A stretch of 64,000 nucleotides of DNA from Pyrinomonadaceae bacterium. Its GTDB lineage: Bacteria; Acidobacteriota; Blastocatellia; Pyrinomonadales; Pyrinomonadaceae. The stretch spans positions 352,001 through 416,000 of the forward strand of contig JBKBYA010000002.1 of NCBI GenBank assembly GCA_046313635.1, read 5' to 3'. Below, piece by piece: positions 59,316 through 64,000 of this stretch. Position 1 is the stretch's first letter. The number at the start of each line of letters is the position of its first letter. Both the position numbers and the translations under genes were made by a program. The notes under the pieces were generated by a model that saw only the letters and a program-made list of their open reading frames with translations, did no database searches and was not told the DNA's origin.

Positions 59316-59396
59316 TCAAACCGACCGCGCACAACGCCCCAAATGCCACCACCATGTGCGGCCGAGATGCGTTGCGCTGTTGATCGTGAACTTCAT
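59316..59396 (-). CDS. trpL: trp operon leader peptide MKFTINSATHLGRTWWWHLGRCARSV
   Basis: 26-aa ORF with three consecutive TGG codons, upstream of terminator and trpE; absent from the ORF track. Confidence 0.88.
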   Translation of the reverse strand: MKFTINSATHLGRTWWWHLGRCARSV

Positions 59397-59449
59397 CGTG
59401 TGTCCATTAAAGCGAATCGGCGATCGACATGTCAATTACAAACTCGCAC

Positions 59450-61615
59450 TTACATCTTCTCCGGCACTTCGATGCCCATTGTTTCGAGGGCGGCGGTCAG
59501 TGCTCGTCTTGCGAGGTCGGCGATGGTGACGAGGACGGCCTGCTTTGTCGCGTCGGGCTCGGAAATTATTTTGTGATCGCGGTAAAAGGCGTTAAAGGCC
59601 TTGGCGAGGTTGAAGGTGTATTTGGCCAGCACCGCAGGCTCGTTGGCGACGGCGGCCTGCGTGACGACGTCTTCGAGACGAGCGGCGAGGGCGGCCATCG
59701 ACCAGATGTCGCTGCCTATATCCGACGCGAAGATCTCGGCGACGGCGGCCGAGCTTTCGGCGGACGCGATGCGCGAGCGGCAGGCTTCTAGCGTGATGCC
59801 TTTTTCGTCGAGCTTTCGAAAGATCGAGTTGGCACGGACGGCCGAGTACTGGCAAAAGGCTCCGGTTTCGCCTTCGAACGACAACGCCTCTTTGAAATCG
59901 AAAACGATCACCGTCGTACGCGTGAACTTGAGCAAAAAGTAACGCAGAGCGCCGACGGCGATCTGGTGGGCGATGTGGCGCTTCTCTTCGTCGCCGATGT
60001 CGGCGTGGCGCGATTCGACCTCGACGAGCGCGTTGGCCTCGAGGCGGTCGAGCAGATCGTCGGCCTTGACGCCGAGGCCTTTGCGGCCGGACATCTCGAT
60101 GAAAGTTTTTTGGCGGTCTTCGTCGGAGAGCTTGAAGCCGAGCTCTTCGGCGGCGGCGGGCGAGAGGGCGACCATTTCGTATGAGAGATGGATGCTCGCA
60201 CGCTCGCCTTTGTCGGGCGAGATCGCGGCGACGCCCTTTTTGACGATCTCCTGCGGGTACGACTGCCGCGTGTCGATGACGTTGTAAACGGTCTCGCCGT
60301 GGCCGAAGGATGGAACGCGGACGCCCTCGTCCGCATTGAGCGTCGCATCGACGCGAACAGTATGCGGGGGATTGTCCGGCTCATTCTCCGGCGTCGGTTT
60401 TCGGGCTTCGCCCTCATTGCGGACGAGGGCGTCCGCGTTCCGTGGGGTGTCCGCGTTCCGTGGGGCGTCCGCGTTCCGGGAGGTCGTAATCCAAACGATC
60501 TTGCCGTCGGCGTATTGGTGGAAGGGCTTGTAGTAAAAGTCCATCCCGAGGATGCCGAGCTTCCACATCTGGTACGCGATATCTTTGCCGGTGTAGGTGA
60601 CGGTGCCGTTCGAGCGGACGAGGATCTTGTCGGCCTCGTGCTCGTCGGTGCCCTCGTGCGACTCGAAGGGCATCACCCAGCAGCCGGCATTCTTGCCTTC
60701 GGTCTCGAAGTGTATGACGCCGAGCTGCTTCATCTGCTCGAAGGCCTTGTCCCAGAAATGGAGGTGCAGGATCTCGGACTCGCGCGGCAGCAGATCGTAG
60801 TGGATCGAGAAACGCTCCATCGTGTCGAGGATGCACTCGACGTTGCGCGTCGCGACGTAGTCGGCGAGCTCGGCGGTCGGATTGTCGCCGGCCTCGATGA
60901 GGTGTAGGACCTCGGCACGCTTTTCCTTTAGAGACTCGTCAGCGGCGTAGGCGTGGCCGACCTTGGTGTAGAGGTCCCAGCAGTAATAGTCAAAGGTTTT
61001 GCCCTGAGCTTTTAGCTCGGCGTCGAGCTGCTTGATGTCGTCTAGCGATTTGTTTTCAAGATAGATAAATCCGACGACGACGTCGGCGACCTGGACGCCG
61101 GTATTGTCGATGTAGTTCTGCACCTCGACGCGCTTGCCGGTGGCTTTGAGGATCCGCTGGAACGTATCGCCCAGGACCGAATTGCGGACGTGGCCGATGT
61201 GCGCGGCCTTGTTCGGGTTGACCGACGTGTGCTCGACGCAGACCTTGGGCGAAGCGGGACCGTGCGCGAGATGCCGCTTCGGGAGCGGATCGGCGGCGGC
61301 GTTGGCGGCGAGAAAGCGGGCACGGTCAAAAAAGATGTTGAGATAGCCCGCACCGGCGACCTCGACGCGGTCGACAAGATCGGCCGATTCCAGTCGCGAC
61401 TTGAGCGCCTCGGCTATCTCGCGAGGATTCTTCTTTTCGCCGGTGGCCTGCTTGATACGCTTCGCGAGCTCGAACGCGATCGGGAACGCCGCGTCGCCGA
61501 GCTCGGTCTTTGGCGGTACCTCGATCGCGACCTGATCGAGCTCGACGTTAAAAAGCGAGGCGGCCGATTCGCGAATTCGCTCGCGAAGCTGTTGCTGTAT
61601 CTCAAGGATGGTCAT
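59450..61615 (-). CDS. argS: Arginine--tRNA ligase (with ~55-aa repeat-derived insertion)
   Basis: EHTSVNPNKAAHIGH, EMSGRKG, anticodon domain ending MGIEVPEKM; start MTILE. Confidence 0.96.
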   Translation of the reverse strand: MTILEIQQQLRERIRESAASLFNVELDQVAIEVPPKTELGDAAFPIAFELAKRIKQATGEKKNPREIAEALKSRLESADLVDRVEVAGAGYLNIFFDRARFLAANAAADPLPKRHLAHGPASPKVCVEHTSVNPNKAAHIGHVRNSVLGDTFQRILKATGKRVEVQNYIDNTGVQVADVVVGFIYLENKSLDDIKQLDAELKAQGKTFDYYCWDLYTKVGHAYAADESLKEKRAEVLHLIEAGDNPTAELADYVATRNVECILDTMERFSIHYDLLPRESEILHLHFWDKAFEQMKQLGVIHFETEGKNAGCWVMPFESHEGTDEHEADKILVRSNGTVTYTGKDIAYQMWKLGILGMDFYYKPFHQYADGKIVWITTSRNADAPRNADTPRNADALVRNEGEARKPTPENEPDNPPHTVRVDATLNADEGVRVPSFGHGETVYNVIDTRQSYPQEIVKKGVAAISPDKGERASIHLSYEMVALSPAAAEELGFKLSDEDRQKTFIEMSGRKGLGVKADDLLDRLEANALVEVESRHADIGDEEKRHIAHQIAVGALRYFLLKFTRTTVIVFDFKEALSFEGETGAFCQYSAVRANSIFRKLDEKGITLEACRSRIASAESSAAVAEIFASDIGSDIWSMAALAARLEDVVTQAAVANEPAVLAKYTFNLAKAFNAFYRDHKIISEPDATKQAVLVTIADLARRALTAALETMGIEVPEKM
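60312..60477. repeat. REP-like inverted doublet plus 18-bp tandem repeats inside argS
   Basis: 29-bp arms 60312-60340 and 60413-60441 (28/29 identity as inverted repeat); 18-bp unit ending GTCCGCGTTCC x3. Confidence 0.9.
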
Positions 61616-61814
61616 TACGGTATTTATGCACGTCTGGAGAAAATCGTAATTATATTGGCCGCCGAGACCGTTCGCAAAAACGGCAGCGTCGCGACGGCCG
61701 CGGGCGTGAGCTGCCCGGGCGTTATGTCGACGAAGCGCGCGAGCGAGTGGCGAATCTCGCTCTGAGCAACGTGTTTTTTGTTTCATTCGAAAAAAGCTAA
61801 ACTTTATCCTTCGT

Positions 61815-63011
61815 ATGCCGACCCTTTACTTTGACTGCTTTGCAGGCGCGAGCGGCAACATGATCCTTGCCGCGTTGATCTCTCTGGGCGTCGATGCCGC
61901 GGAGCTCGAGGCCGAGCTTCGTAAATTGAACATCGGTGAATTCGCACTTGAGCTGTCGCAGGTCGACCGTTCAGGTATCAATTCACTTCACGTGGAAATT
62001 AAAGTTCCGCACGAGCACGCCCACCGTCACCTTTCCGATATCCAAAAGATCATCGAAGCTTCCGACCTCAAGCAGAGCGTAAAGGAGCGAGCCGTGCGTA
62101 TCTTCACGCGTCTCGCCGAGGCCGAGGCGCGCGTGCACGGCATCGATGTGGGAAAGGTGCACTTTCACGAGGTCGGGGCAATGGACGCGATCGTCGATAT
62201 CGTCGGCGCGTGCATCGCATTTGAGATGCTCGGGGTCGAGCGGTTTGTCTCTTCGCGGATCAACGTCGGGAGCGGGTTTGTGAAGATGGCACACGGGAAT
62301 TTTCCCGTGCCGCCGCCCGCGGTCGCCGAGCTGCTCAAAGAGGCTCCGATCTATTCGGCGCAGGTCGAGGGCGAACTGACGACGCCGACCGGAGCGGCGA
62401 TCATCTCGACGGTGTGCGACGAATTTGGCGAGCTCCCCGACCTCAAGGTCGCGGCCGTCGGTTACGGCGCGGGGACGCGGGAGTACAAGGACTTTCCGAA
62501 CGTGATCCGGCTGATGCTCGGCGAGGCGGCGGGCACGTCGAGGTCGGGCCAGATTGTCGAGACGCTCGTGCAGATTGAGACGAATGTCGACGACGCGACG
62601 CCGCAGATACTGGGTTTTGTGATGGAGCGGGCGTTCGAGATCGGAGCTCTCGACTGCTGGTTCACGCCGATCCAGATGAAAAAGAACCGTCCGGCGAGCA
62701 TGATCTCGATACTGTGCGATGAGGCAAAGGCAGACGAACTTAAAGAATTGCTTTACCGCGAGACGACGACGCTCGGCGTTCGCGTGCTGCGGGTCGAGCG
62801 TGAGTGCCTGCCGCGTGAGGTCGTCCGCGTCGAGACCTCGCTTGGCTCCGTCGATGTCAAGATCGCTCGTTTAAGCGGCGAGATAGTTAACGCGATGCCC
62901 GAGTACGATCAGGTCAAATCCCTGGCGCGCAATAATGAACTCTCTTTCAGCGATGCTCGAAGGCTGGTGCTCGACGAAATGAACCGCCGCGGTCTCACCG
63001 CGAAGGCCTAA
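61815..63011 (+). CDS. larC: Nickel pincer cofactor biosynthesis protein LarC
   Basis: YFDCFAGASGNM, HFHEVGA.DAIVDI, ELTTPTGAAI, MKKNRP, ETTTLGVR, PEYD. Confidence 0.93.
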   Translation: MPTLYFDCFAGASGNMILAALISLGVDAAELEAELRKLNIGEFALELSQVDRSGINSLHVEIKVPHEHAHRHLSDIQKIIEASDLKQSVKERAVRIFTRLAEAEARVHGIDVGKVHFHEVGAMDAIVDIVGACIAFEMLGVERFVSSRINVGSGFVKMAHGNFPVPPPAVAELLKEAPIYSAQVEGELTTPTGAAIISTVCDEFGELPDLKVAAVGYGAGTREYKDFPNVIRLMLGEAAGTSRSGQIVETLVQIETNVDDATPQILGFVMERAFEIGALDCWFTPIQMKKNRPASMISILCDEAKADELKELLYRETTTLGVRVLRVERECLPREVVRVETSLGSVDVKIARLSGEIVNAMPEYDQVKSLARNNELSFSDARRLVLDEMNRRGLTAKA

Positions 63012-63023
63012 TCTGAATTTTCT

Positions 63024-63602
63024 ATGGACAAATCTTCGAACAACGTAGATCTCGACAAGATCGCCCAAGGCATACGTCTCGTGCTCGAAGGCATCGGCGA
63101 GGACCCCGACCGTGACGGGCTGCAAAAGACGCCGGAGCGCGTCGCCGACTTTTACGCCGAGCTGACGGCCGGAATGTGGGAAGACGCTTCGGAACATATC
63201 GTGCCGCTGCCGGGCGACACGCACGACGAGATGGTGCTGGTAAAGGATATCTCGATCGCTTCGGTCTGCGAGCATCATCTAGCGCCATTCGTGGGCAAAT
63301 GCCATATCGCGTACATTCCAAAGGGCGGCCGCATCGTCGGGCTGTCAAAGCTCGCGCGGATCGCCGAGATATTTTCGCGGCGGCTGCAGGTGCAGGAGCG
63401 TCTGACCCAGCAGATCGCGCAGACGCTGTTTGAGCGGCTCGACCCGCTCGGCGTGATGGTCGTCGTCGAGGCCGAGCACACGTGCATGACGCTGCGCGGC
63501 GTGAAGAAGCCGGGAGCGATGACGATCACGTCGGCCGTGCTCGGCGGATTTCGCCGCGACCCTCGAACGCGTGCCGAGGCGATGGCGCTGATCAAGGGCT
63601 GA
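63024..63602 (+). CDS. folE: GTP cyclohydrolase I
   Basis: GL.KTPERV, CEHHL.PF.G, GLSKLAR, LQVQERLT, H.CM.LRGV. Confidence 0.97.
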   Translation: MDKSSNNVDLDKIAQGIRLVLEGIGEDPDRDGLQKTPERVADFYAELTAGMWEDASEHIVPLPGDTHDEMVLVKDISIASVCEHHLAPFVGKCHIAYIPKGGRIVGLSKLARIAEIFSRRLQVQERLTQQIAQTLFERLDPLGVMVVVEAEHTCMTLRGVKKPGAMTITSAVLGGFRRDPRTRAEAMALIKG

Positions 63603-63683
63603 TCGGCCGGCGGATCGATCGCTTGGGAATTGAAGCAAAGCCTGAGCTGTCTCATTGCAGACCTGTCTCGTATCACTTTAGCT

Positions 63684-64000
63684 ATGAAGAAACTTGCCGT
63701 TTTTGCACTGCTTTTTGTCATAAACCTCACGCCGCTCGCGGCGCAGGACCTGACCGCGAAGTTCGACGCCGCAAAGCTCCGCGAGCGCGTCAAGCGGCTG
63801 TCGGCCGACGACTTTGAAGGCCGCGGCCCGGGGACCGAAGGCGGCCGCCGCGCGGCTCAGTACATCGCCGACCAGATGAGGTCGAGCGGCGTCGAGCCGG
63901 CAAATAAGGGCAGCTACTTTCAAAACGTAAAGCTCGTCGGCGTAAAGGCCGACCCGAATACGTCGCTCACCGTGACGGGAAAGTCGAAAGCGGAAAGCTA
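63684..64000 (+). CDS. M28-family peptidase, N-terminal part (3' truncated by window edge)
   Basis: Translated manually: signal peptide MKKLAVFALLF...; LSADDFEGRGPGT.G...AAQYI...G..P....YFQ. Confidence 0.8.
   Translation, partial: MKKLAVFALLFVINLTPLAAQDLTAKFDAAKLRERVKRLSADDFEGRGPGTEGGRRAAQYIADQMRSSGVEPANKGSYFQNVKLVGVKADPNTSLTVTGKSKAES

Noticed and set aside
61779..61796. TGTTTCA half-site between argS and larC
   Set aside because: No matching second half-site

Overview
GC-rich, gene-dense bacterial chromosomal region. Gene content (Oar-like TonB-dependent receptor, FG-GAP surface protein, Zn-ribbon TonB) suggests an acidobacterium, probably Blastocatellia/Pyrinomonadaceae-like; this is an inference. 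Most genes are housekeeping: lon (partial), engB, rho, glgA, purA, tRNA-Lys(TTT), a pxpBCA-ycsG 5-oxoprolinase cluster, peptide ABC permeases, ubiE/menG, glgP, mtnA, ETF-QO, rpoZ-gmk-yicC, an MsbA-like exporter, S41/M16/M28 peptidases, trpE-D-C-F-B-A-aroF (no trpG), argS, larC and folE. I found no CRISPR array, prophage or transposase. The best candidate for an undescribed system is at 49391-51191. There, a SWIM zinc-finger/Rad52-family (DdrA-like) fusion gene is transcribed divergently from a 130-aa XRE repressor. Three copies of a palindromic TGTTTCA-N4-TGAAACA-like box overlap both sigma70 promoters. The fusion gene also has an internal SD-led second start and a structured 3' UTR. Together these resemble a DdrO/DdrA-type DNA-damage switch. 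Other highlights: an unannotated trpL leader peptide (WWW) with attenuator; a REP-like palindromic doublet inserted in-frame in argS; several REP doublet and heptamer-repeat families; an ice-binding-domain adhesin with putative isopeptide- and disulfide-stabilised stalk domains; two truncated genes; and a degenerate ABC ATPase.
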